DNA of 59,477 nt, filler included, from Dimargaris cristalligena (Eukaryota): NCBI GenBank assembly GCA_003614675.1. It is 7 parts of 7 records of this genome, joined end to end, with 100 filler letters (N's around TTAATTAATTAA, not from the genome) between each part and the next. Parts side by side here need not be neighbours in the genome. Positions count along the whole stretch, not along the records: positions 1 to 8,439 come from ML003329.1; positions 8,540 to 16,959 come from ML003330.1; 5 more parts are not named here. One strand, written 5' to 3'. Under the pieces are notes generated by a model, which worked only from the letters and a program-made list of their open reading frames with translations, had not been told where the DNA came from and did not search any database. A program made the translations under genes and the position numbers. This document shows positions 1 through 10,372 of this stretch, in pieces. The stretch's first letter is position 1. Every line of letters begins with the position of its first letter.

Positions 1-70
1 CTTTCCCTTTTTATTACCTATCTTTTCAAATAAAGTTCAGTTTTCAAGGATTTGAGTTCAGTTCTTTACA
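1..70 (+). mobile_element. 3' end of an LTR (AATAAA ... TTACA), same family as 17060-17192
   Basis: 1-70 aligns by eye with 17122-17192 (aaagttcagttttcaaggatttgagttcagttctttaca vs aaagttcagtttttaaggatttaatttcagttctttaca). Ends in CA. Flank to ~420 is AT-rich and CpG-free. Confidence 0.6.
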
Positions 71-1352
71 GTATTACTAATAATACCACAGAGTATATCT
101 ACTCCCTCTCTTTTCAGGAAGACTTGGTACAGTAACCACAAGTTTAGTTTACACTCCACCTAGGAGTACTGAGGCCTAGCCAGACATCCAATAACTTTCA
201 GGTAATAAAGAAAACTGAAATAATAGCTATAAGTTCACCCAGACTACAGCTAAGAAAATACTTTTTAAATTCTTAAAGTTTTCTTTAAAATATCTCTTTA
301 AATTATTACTTACCCTTATATATACTTATTATACATTTTATTACATTTATTACATTTATTAATTATTTATTATTTATTATATTTTGTTTTTTTAAAAATA
401 GTAAAATGAGGACTGGTCTGAGAGTAGTCTGAATCGAGTTAACCCCAATAAATAGGAACCCCTGCGTATTGCACTACATATCATTCCACCATAGAGCCAC
501 TTCCAACATCCTAAGATAATTTCTTTACGAAAAGTAAAGAAGCCTCCTAGTAAGTAAGACCTACTCATCACAGGCTAACAAAAAGTTAATTATCCCAGAA
601 CAAAGTACCACCCAAAGATAGTAAATTGTTGCTGTTAACTCTACACTGAAATATTACCAGTGAGTTCCGCAAGAACCTTAAATGGCTTTTCTCAGACCTT
701 CACCAAGGGCATATTAAGTAACTAGTCAAGAGGAGCCGAAACTCCTCCTACTAACCGTAAGATTACCCCTAACGCAGGCTTCAAACCAATCCTGTGGATA
801 ACAAGGGGAGGCGGGATACGACTCTCTCTATATAGTGAACGAGAGGTCTCTCCACCGTTGGCCTTGGCTTTGTGGGATTGGTCTTGTACAGTGAGTGGTA
901 CCGGCTATTGTGAACGGGTGGGGGAGAGGGTATCACTACTTAAGTGGAGGAAAGAGCACACGGGTACAACTGCCGCTGATAGTATTTATTACCCCAACTT
1001 AAGTACCCCATATTTATCAAATGGTTTATTGGTCTTTTTTTCTTACCCGCACCACCAATCGCGGTCCCAGCAATCAACCACTTCGCTGTATACGTCGATA
1101 GATATGCCGATGTGTTCCTCCCCAAATAACCATCAGTGGAGCCGGCCGAGTGCACTAATGGCTGGTGGCGGTTAGCTGGAAAGTGTATTGACTAGCCACC
1201 CTCTCTAGCCTAGTGTGGTGTGCTATTTGATTTTGATATCAGCCAGTAGTTGCTCACGCAAAGACCCAGCTTAGCTGCTGCCTCCCCTTTGCTTCGGCTC
1301 CTTTTTGTCCAGTCTAGTTCTTTTTTCGCTTCTGTATTTTCCTTGATCCACC

Positions 1353-2933
1353 ATGTTCCGCTCTGTCCAATCGCTTGCCCGTCTATCGGCCCCCACCCGC
1401 CTCTCCGGCGCCCGGTCTGCCCTTCGCAGTCCCATTTGCAATGCCCTGGGTAAGTAACCACCCGGACCCCACCCACATGCGACGGATCAACCCCCATGGG
1501 GTGCGCCTATTGATCTCTCCCTGACCCCCCACAGCAATGTTCATCAGTTGATCTAAGCTAACCCCACCCACATTCCCTTTACTTAACATTACACTTGTGA
1601 TTCGCGTCTTCCCCGGTTTCAACTCCTAGCCACCCAGGTGCCCAAGTTCTACTCCCGGCTCGCTACCCCCGCCCGGGTGACCGGTATGGTCTCGAAGCCC
1701 TTCGGCGTCTCCCGGGTGTCCGTCCGGTACATGTCCGAGGTCTACGCCCGTGAAAAGCCCCACGTCAACATCGGTACCATCGGCCACGTTGATCACGGCA
1801 AAACCACCCTGACCGCCGCCATCACCAAGGTCCTGTCGTCCAAGGGCGGTGCCCAGTTCCGGGACTACAATTCCATCGACAAGGCCCCCGAAGAACGGGC
1901 CCGTGGTATTACGATTAGTACCGCTCATGTCGAATACCAGACCGATACCCGTCACTACGCCCACGTGGACTGTCCCGGGCACGCCGATTACATCAAGAAC
2001 ATGATTACCGGTGCGGCCACCATGGACGGTGCCATAATCGTGGTGTCCGCCACCGACGGTCAGATGCCCCAGACCCGGGAGCACTTGCTGCTGGCCCGCC
2101 AGGTCGGTGTCAAGCACCTGGTGGTGTTTGTCAACAAAGTCGACGCCGTTGATGACCCCGAAATGTTGGAATTGGTCGAAATGGAAATGCGCGAGTTGTT
2201 GTCCGAATACGGTTTCGACGGTGAGAACGTCCCCGTGATCATGGGATCGGCCCTCTGCGCCCTCGAGGACCGCAAGCCCGAACTCGGTGAGACCAAGATC
2301 CAGGAGCTCATGGCCGCGGTCGATGCCAACATCCCCGTGCCCGAGCGTGACCTGGACAAGCCCTTCCTGATGCCCGTGGAAGATATCTTCTCCATTGCCG
2401 GTCGTGGTACCGTGGCCACCGGGCGGGTGGAGCGCGGTGTGGTGACCAAGGGCCAGGAAGTCGAAATCGTTGGTCTGGGAAACACCTTCAAGACCACGCT
2501 GACGGGTATCGAAATGTTCCACAAGCAGCTCGACCGGGGTGAGGCCGGTGACAACATGGGTGCCCTGCTCCGGGGTGTCAAGCGCGAACAGCTCATGCGC
2601 GGGCAGGTCATCTGCGCCCCCGGCTCCGTCAAGTCGCACAAGAAGTTCATGGCCCAGCTTTATATCCTGACCAAAGAAGAAGGCGGTCGCCACACCCCGT
2701 TCGTTGATAACTACAAGCCCCAGATCTTTGTGCGCACCAGTGATGTGACCGTCACCCTGCGCCACCCCCCGGGCACCGAGAACCCCGAGGAAAAGATGAT
2801 CATGCCCGGTGACAACGTGACCCTCGAGTGCGAATTGATGTCGGATCTGGCCCTCGAAACCGGTCTGCGTTTCACCATCCGTGAGGGTGGCCGTACCGTC
2901 GGTACCGGTGTAATCGCCGAGCTGCTGGATTAG
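1353..2933 (+). CDS. TUF1: Mitochondrial elongation factor Tu; join(1353..1449,1630..2933)
   Basis: ORF 1638-2933 has [22 protein letters not shown] and the EF-Tu C-terminus (REGGRTVG). Exon 1 from ATG 1353 encodes an Arg/Ser-rich, acid-free presequence ([25 protein letters not shown]). GTAAGT donor at 1450 and CCTAG acceptor ending 1629 join in frame (phase 1). Confidence 0.96.
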
Positions 2934-4384
2934 AGGGATACTACCCAACAAGAATAGTCGCTTAGGCGGATTAGACGGGTGGTGAAATGATTTTTTAGTT
3001 CCCCCATTCATTAGTTGCGGGTTGCGGACGCGAGGAGGCTCCGGACCGCTGCTGTACCGCATTAATTTAACGGTATGGGGCTACCATAGTTGTTTCGGTA
3101 TTAAAAATCAATAAATATTTAGCCATTTCATATCATTGCATGACTCTGCTACGTTTAGGCAGGTCGATAGTTGGGGGATTATCTAATCCCTCATACTAGT
3201 CTACCGAGTCCAGCTTGGATAGTAATAATCCCCAATGGATTGCTATCCGGCCATTTGGCTTTAGTATTCTTAATAGAGGCATCCTGGTCCTCCTGATATA
3301 CACAGCCCCTCTCCCACTTTGGTACTGTAACTCGTACTTAGATTCCCTCGATATTCCATGGATTGTTACGGCGAATCATCTGGTAAATGGATGTACATTC
3401 ATCCGCTTACAACTAAGGCTGACTCTTGCCGATTTGACGAGAGTCGCCCACCTATCGGTATAGTTGTAGTGGTTTCCATCAATGAGGCAAGTGGTCCAAT
3501 TAGAAGGGGCGTTGGGGCAAACAGAGTCTCCCTTGACAATGAATAGAAATTTAATATTACCACCCTCCCCCTCACATGACCGCATAGATAGGACATTGTG
3601 TCCGATGTGGTGGGGTTATGTGTGCCGGTTAGTGGGCCTAAGGGGCTGTGTTATCGAATCACCCACATAATACGGGGTATAGAGAAGGCAAGAGGTCTGG
3701 TAGAGCCCCATATACCATTTATTATAACACCCTCAGCCCTGGGAATGTTGATTAATTTGAAGAGACTTTAGTTCGCATCGAGTCGGCTGCTATTTGAGAA
3801 CCTAATTAGGGGAAAGCCTTCTTCACAGGGTGGGCAGTGCTCCATTGGTTCAACCGTCAGGGATCCCGTCCTTGTCCTAGGCTTAAGTGCGTCCCAAATT
3901 GCCGGGGGGTTTATAAATAGACCAGTGTTGCCCCTCCGCACGCGTGGCCCAGTTTTCGCGCCCAACTTTTCATAGCTCCACTTTAGAAACTATTCCCTTC
4001 AATTGACGAGACGCCTCAAGCCAAGCCTTTTTTTGTACTACTATACTACTATTACTACTACTATATACTACACTACTCAAGGCTAATTGACCGGTTCTCC
4101 CATTACTTCGTTCGCTTTCCCCCTCGACTTGCCATTACCCGCAAAACTAACTCTCTCCCTCACCCGCGTGCTTCTCTAGCGAACCCTCTTTTACCTTGTG
4201 CGCCATCCCTGTAATTCTGCGCCCTCTGTTTCCCCCCCCCCTGCCGAGTCCCTCACTCACTTTTACTTGACCCAAGTCTATTTCTTTCCCTAGCCCCTCC
4301 TGCTTAACCCTCTCTTTATACCCATCTCAGTTTATCCCTTCATCGCATTTTTCCTTATTCGTTTCCCCCGTCCCCGTCGCATCC

Positions 4385-5929
4385 ATGTTACCACCTACCA
4401 TGTCGATATGTCACCTACCGTTCGAAGACATCCTAACGGACTTATCCGCCCGTTTTATAATCAACGTGCCGGAGGAGGAGTTGGCCTCCGTTGAGCGGGT
4501 CTGCTTCCAAATTGAACAGGCCCATTGGTTCTACGAGGATTTCGTCCGGGATCACAACCCCCACCTCCCGTCGCTGAGCCTCAAGAAATTCACCGCCCGC
4601 ATGTTCGCCCATTGTCCGTTATTGCACCAATGGGCCCACCAACACGAAAAGGCCTATCAGGATTTCCTCAACTATAAGTTCCAAGTCCCCGTCTGCGGCG
4701 CTATTATCCTCAACCCTACGCTGGACCGCTGTTTACTGGTCAAGGGCTGGGCCGCCCGGTCCACATGGGGCTTCCCACGAGGCAAGATTAACCAGGAAGA
4801 GGCCGAGCCCACCTGCGCCGTCCGCGAGGTCCTGGAAGAAACGGGTTTTGATATCCGCCCTAATTTGAACACCCAGGAGTTTATCGAAATGATAGTGGCC
4901 CGGCAACGCGTCCGGCTCTATATTGTACCCAACGTGCCCGAAGACACCGTGTTCGTACCCCAGACCCGCAAGGAAATCAGTCAGATTGAATGGCACACCA
5001 TTCGCGACCTACCCATGAGTCGGTCCAAGAAGTCCTCGACTGGTACCCGGCACCCCGGTCGCTCGCAGAGCCCCTCCTTCTCCCCCTCCGAAACCGAATC
5101 GGAACCCACCGTGAATCGCAAGTTCTACCTCATCGCCCCCTTTATCGGGCCCCTGCAGCAGTGGATAGCCCGGCGGCGACAGGGCGCAAAGAGTGGCCGG
5201 CGGGCTGCTCAGTCCGTCTCCGCCGCGGGTGGTGGTCGATCACCCCCTTCTTCCACCGACGCGGCGTATCACTCCCGGAACCGGTCGCAAACCCGGTCCT
5301 CGCAGCGTCCCTCGTCGCGCCAGGCTGCGGTGGCCTCGACGACGGCCCATCTTTCGGCCAACGACCAGGCCATGGCCAACATTAACCTGCGTCGGTTCCT
5401 GGGTATCCCGGGTGAATCCGCCGCCCCCGTATCCCCCACCGCCCGGGACCTGTCCCGTCCCCAGTCCACCACCCCCAGCGTGACTCGCTCTACCCGTAGT
5501 CGCAGCTCGCGTATGACGGGTCGGATTCGCGAAGATGCCACGGTCAACTTGAAAATGCTGCTCGGCATCAACCAGACTTCTTCGCCCGCCTCCCCCGCCG
5601 TCTCCAGTACTGGCAACGGTGTCAGTGGTGGGCGGCCCCATCGCTCGGCCACCGCCTCGGCTTTCATCCCACCGTCTTCGGTCCCCTCCCCGATTCGGGC
5701 CGCCCCACCTGCTACTGCCGGTCCCCAGTACACCACTGCTGATTTACTCGCCAAGCTCCAATCCTCGTTCCCCCGCTCGTCCCGGACACCCAGCTGGACG
5801 GAGCCGTCTACCACCGCACCGGCCTCGCTCCCCGCCGTGGCCCCTGCCTCCTCCTTAACCGCCAAACCCATTGATATACTCTTGGGCAAACTCCAGGCCC
5901 AGGCGACAGTGCCCAACCGGGCTACCTGA
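4385..5929 (+). CDS. DCP2: mRNA decapping enzyme catalytic subunit Dcp2
   Basis: Box A (DLSARFIINVP...FQIEQAHWFYEDF), Nudix box GKINQEEAEPTCAVREVLEETG, PQTRKEI motif, long disordered C-terminus with Leu-rich helical motifs. Confidence 0.95.
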   Translation: MLPPTMSICHLPFEDILTDLSARFIINVPEEELASVERVCFQIEQAHWFYEDFVRDHNPHLPSLSLKKFTARMFAHCPLLHQWAHQHEKAYQDFLNYKFQVPVCGAIILNPTLDRCLLVKGWAARSTWGFPRGKINQEEAEPTCAVREVLEETGFDIRPNLNTQEFIEMIVARQRVRLYIVPNVPEDTVFVPQTRKEISQIEWHTIRDLPMSRSKKSSTGTRHPGRSQSPSFSPSETESEPTVNRKFYLIAPFIGPLQQWIARRRQGAKSGRRAAQSVSAAGGGRSPPSSTDAAYHSRNRSQTRSSQRPSSRQAAVASTTAHLSANDQAMANINLRRFLGIPGESAAPVSPTARDLSRPQSTTPSVTRSTRSRSSRMTGRIREDATVNLKMLLGINQTSSPASPAVSSTGNGVSGGRPHRSATASAFIPPSSVPSPIRAAPPATAGPQYTTADLLAKLQSSFPRSSRTPSWTEPSTTAPASLPAVAPASSLTAKPIDILLGKLQAQATVPNRAT

Positions 5930-6626
5930 AGCAGTACGATTTCACCGCCGAAATGTATACATAATGTCCGAGTTGTTCTTTAATTTTCTTATAAGGGACC
6001 TCCTATTTCCCGACTCGCCCTGTTCGCCCATTTAAATTAAACCGCCCCGCATTGGGCTCTAGGCCCACCAATAAACTGCCATATACCTTTTTATATTAGT
6101 ACAACGTAACTCTCTTGGTGCTACTACTTTCTGGCCCCTAGTGTATTAGGTTATGCGAACCCCACCACCCGTCGGACTAGCAGAACGCCCGTTTACTGGC
6201 CCGTCACTCCAATCCATCGTAGACCGTATCCATTGCCAGTTGCCTCCCGCAAGGAGAGTGTAACATTTGGCTTTGGACCTGACTTGGCTAATATGGGTGA
6301 GACCTGCTTGTTTCAGCTCGAAACTTCCAAGCATTTTGTACTTGACCGTATGGACTGACCACAGAGGAGAAGAGCTGTACATCATTTTCCTTTGTAAAGA
6401 CTGGACTGGGGTAAGTCTCCGTGTCGCTCTAGCTAGGCTCCCCCCTCCTTTTTTTTATTGGTTTCAAACAAGCCTAGCTCCCCAAGGTCGTCTCATCTCA
6501 ACCTCCTTGGACCGTACCACAGCCTAGTCGGTCTCTGTGTAACTCAGCTCCTCGTACCCGATTCGTTACTGCTTCTCCTCTTTTCAGTATTGCCTTTTCT
6601 TGGCTTACTCCTCCTCCACGTTCAAC

Positions 6627-6627
<1 letters not shown>

Positions 6628-6660
<33 letters not shown>
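6628..6660 (+). repeat. Poly-C homopolymer (33 nt)
   Basis: Read directly; lies about 35 nt upstream of ATG 6696. Confidence 0.9.
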
Positions 6661-6695
6661 ATTTCGACAACCCCCCTCTCGTAGTGGTGGTGACC

Positions 6696-8147
6696 ATGTC
6701 TCCTGCATCCAAGTCAGGCTTAGCCCAACGGCGCCGCCCGGCCGCGGCCGCCTCACCTGCTAAACCAGCGAAAACCGCTGCCAAAAGGATTCCTTCCGCG
6801 GGGCCCACTCTCACGCTCGGCCGTCGCCTTTTGGGGGCCTTTCTAACTGGCACCCTCAGCGCCCTAGTATTAGGCACCCTACTCCGGGTGTCGCCCAAAC
6901 TACTGGAGCCCGTCTACGGCAACGTCTTCCCTTTCCTCTATTTCCAACCCCTTGTCCTGGGCCTGTTTTTCCTCGGGGTTTTGGCCACCGGGGGTCATTC
7001 CAGTTCGATGAGCCCCCCAGCCTCGTTGAGCACCGCCTCCGTAGGAACCCCATGCGTCACCCTACTCGGCACCGTCGCCATGCTGTTACCCGCCAGTCTG
7101 ACCCTGCTTCGCCTGGCGATTCCGGCCCGGACCTGGCTCGGACCCTGGTGGGGCCCCCATGTCACCCAACTCCTCCATGCCTACCCGTTGGCCCTGTTGA
7201 GCGGGGCCATTGCCGCCCGTAGCCTGGGGTTTATGGAACCGACCATGGCCCGGGGACCGCGGGCTGTTTACGCCGGACTTTTAATGGCCCTTGGCTGGCA
7301 GGTCGCCCAGCGTCTGGATATCATTCATACCTGCACGGCGGTGACTAACCTCACCTATGTAGTGCTCGGTGGATCAATCCTCGTACACCTAATCTCACTC
7401 GACCCGACGACACCCAGTGCCACGGCCTCTTCCCCTTCCCCAGCAACGGCATCGACATCTGGTACGTCAGCCCCGGCGCAAGCTTCCCAGGGCCTTCGGG
7501 CCAAGCTTCAACTATACCGCCTAATCCCCCAGGCCATGGCCGCCCTCTTGCTCGCCCGTACCCTACTGGTCGAACCCATCTGCCACTCGGGCCTGATTCC
7601 AGGCTACCACGACCAGGGTCCCATCAAAGTCCTCGACCGAGTCGAATCCGTCACCGGCTGGATCTCGGTGATCGATAATACCGAACAGGGCTATTTGGCC
7701 CTCCGGGCCGGCGACTCCCTCATTGGCGGGCGTTGGAAAAAACCCCGCGACTCGGTGTTTTTGATCTTCTACGCCATGGAAGGGGTGCGCCTCATCAAGA
7801 ACCGCAAATTAAATGACCATACCGTGGCCCGCGAGCGCGGTCTCCAAATCGGCCTGGGGGTGGGTATCTGTACCGACTCCCTCGAACGGCTGGGCGTGCC
7901 CATGGATGTGGTGGAAATCGACCCCGCCGTCTACGACTACGCTCGGCGCTATTTTGGTTTGGTGAAACCCCACGGAGTACACATCATGGATGGTCGCCAT
8001 TTCATTGAACACGTCGCCGAGGATAATACCTACGATCATATTTTCCACGATGTCTTCACGGGCGGGTCGGTACCCGCTCCTCTGTTTTCCGTGGAGGCCC
8101 TCCAACAACTTAAACGCATCCTTAAACCCGACGGGGTCCTTTCCCTG
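6696..8147 (+). CDS. Multi-pass membrane protein fused to a spermidine-synthase-like class I SAM-dependent methyltransferase domain (first exon; 3' part lost at contig end)
   Basis: Several hydrophobic helices, then GLQIGLGVG, VVEIDPAV, DGRHFI, YDHIFHDVF, LKPDGVL. ATG 6696 in ACCATG context. GTAGGT donor at 8148, branch-like GCTAAC at ~8352, then the gap. Confidence 0.8.
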
Positions 8148-8439
8148 GTAGGTGGCTATGCTACTAATCATTCTGAAGGCCGAGGCCAGATGTGGGCGTA
8201 TCCGCGCTTGTTTTGCATGGTATCGCGTTTATGGGTCACCGTGGGGGGATACCTACTTTCCGCTTAATCGGACCTTGTCGTGAGAGTGCTGTACAAATAT
8301 AAACCGCATCTGCCCGATATGACGGACTCTGGGAAACCCCATTTTATTGATGCTAACGACACGTGTTATGTTCCATTACCCCCTTTATACTATTTGATTT
8401 TTGCATCACCCTCTTGGGGCGCCCCCCCCCCCCCCGCCC

Positions 8440-8539
8440 NNNNNNNNNNNNNNNNNNNNNNNNNNNNNNNNNNNNNNNNNNNNTTAATTAATTAANNNNN
8501 NNNNNNNNNNNNNNNNNNNNNNNNNNNNNNNNNNNNNNN
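8440..8539. other. Artificial contig spacer N44-TTAATTAATTAA-N44 (also 16960-17059, 25479-25578, 33993-34092, 42502-42601, 51007-51106)
   Basis: Six identical 100-bp spacers carrying a six-frame stop linker. Confidence 0.99.
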
Positions 8540-9425
8540 GTATTCTATCATTTTACTTGTCTTTTATCAAATACCAATACTCGTTGCATCTATCGATTCT
8601 ATTCAACATTGTTCCACCGAGTACAGTTAGCCATAGCAGAGTTCCGACCTAACTCAGCATCCCTACTTTTCCTTCACCTATAAAAACCCCACAGTTCTGC
8701 CGAACTGAGGGAAGCCAAGTCCAAGTAAAGTGTAATGAAGCAAGTTATACTCCAGCCAGTTGTTCATAGTTATATATATATTTCTCATTTCTTATAAACC
8801 TCGAATTAGCCGATTTTCCTCGCACATTATTTTCAATTCTCTTATATTTTACTTAGTCTATTATTTTCATATTGCTCTATTTCTTTTTAGTAAATAAATT
8901 TGTAAAAAACCACAATGTCTTTCTCGCCGCAAAGCGCTTCTACAACCCACTGTTGGCTCTACTACAATCTGCCAATAACGAGATCCCTGATAGTAGTTCG
9001 AACCTCCCGCCGATTTTCCCGGCTTTTTCGCCCCATGACGTAATCCCCGACCTAACCGGTCCACCGGGTCTCGGCGCTACAGTTGCACTACCCGTAGCTA
9101 GCTCCGCCAAAAGACATGCTACGGATTTATGGATTTATTTAATACAGAATCCCAGTGGGGTGTGTGGGGGTAACATATTAGTGGAGAAACAAATTAGTAA
9201 GCTAATAAGGGTCTATAAGGGGTTCGCTCTATTATTCCCCCCTCGTAAATATAAAAAGGGTCCTGGCGGGTGGAAACCACCTCGTTCATGCATTCGGATA
9301 TAACACGGGTTCTTTCTCAGAAGCCATCTAACACCATTGGATAGAGAGCAGACGACTACATAACCCGTATGGTGAAGGGGAGCGTCACGCCAGAATCGTT
9401 GATTTAACCGGGACGGTGGGGTAGG

Positions 9426-9456
<31 letters not shown>

Positions 9457-10106
9457 CAAACACTGAGGATTAGCAACTTAAAAGGTCAGACAAGGTAGGC
9501 CGAGGCATGCGTTTATGATTTACCAATAGCCCAAAAACTCCACCGGGCTACCGCGACAATAAGAGCATATTAGTTACGGACGACCCCAAGGGCCTCCCTG
9601 CTGTTATTAAAATAAATATCCTAAAGAGAATAAGAATGAGAGGGATGCAATCACAATATACACAAAACTTCAACCAGAGGGTGCTGACGAGCCAGGATCA
9701 CCCGTCAGTTGAATGCAAATTTGACATGCAAGTATATATATATATATATATATACGTACATGTAATTTTTGTTTAAAAATAAAATTAAACTAGGGGAGCG
9801 TTGGGCATTTTTGACCAACTTGGAGTAAGGTATAAATACAGCCCTCCCCCACCATCAAGGATGGGGAGAAGATACAACAAATAGCTGAAGGTGAAAATAA
9901 TGCATGGGGGTGCATTAATCCTCAAAGGGTTTAATAACAAGAGACAAAGCAATGGATCTCTTCCCTATTTTGGTGTAGCCCCATTACGGCGGGGCCACCA
10001 CCTCCGCCTTAACTCTACTCCACTCCCCAGCGGTTGGCTTGGGTTGATTCGAGTAGGACCAAAGATGGAATAGTAGTGTAGGTAGAAAAGTCGGACGCAA
10101 GAAAAT

Positions 10107-10142
<36 letters not shown>

Positions 10143-10166
10143 AGTATATATATATAGAGAGAGAGA
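10107..10166. repeat. Compound microsatellite (TA)n(TG)n(TA)n(GA)n; other (TA)n tracts near 9427-9452, 9733-9754, 12868-12882, 15639-15664, 32067-32085
   Basis: Read directly. Confidence 0.9.
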
Positions 10167-10372
10167 AGGATAGGTAAATGATGTCCGTTTTCAATAATCA
10201 ATAAATAAATAGAAAAAATCCCCCCAGCAGTAGTAGTAGTAGAAAGGGAGAGACCCGGGGCAACATTAGCATAAGGGCACGACCATCCCCGCGCTGCAGC
10301 AAAACATAAACGTACAAAAACATCCTATACACCCACGGGGCTATACACTATACACACTTAAGCTACCAACAG

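Noticed and set aside
130..300. Possible decayed tyrosine recombinase end (FSLHST* resembling HSTR)
   Set aside because: One short motif in heavily mutated AT-rich DNA; downstream catalytic residues are not recognisable.
1626..3062. 478-aa antisense ORF over TUF1, and similar shadow ORFs over DCP2, RPA135, the NRPS and AA11
   Set aside because: Expected by-product of strong GC3 codon bias on the opposite strand; no recognisable domains.
8484..8495. TTAATTAATTAA palindrome recurring every ~8.5 kb
   Set aside because: Synthetic six-frame stop linker inside N spacers, not biological.
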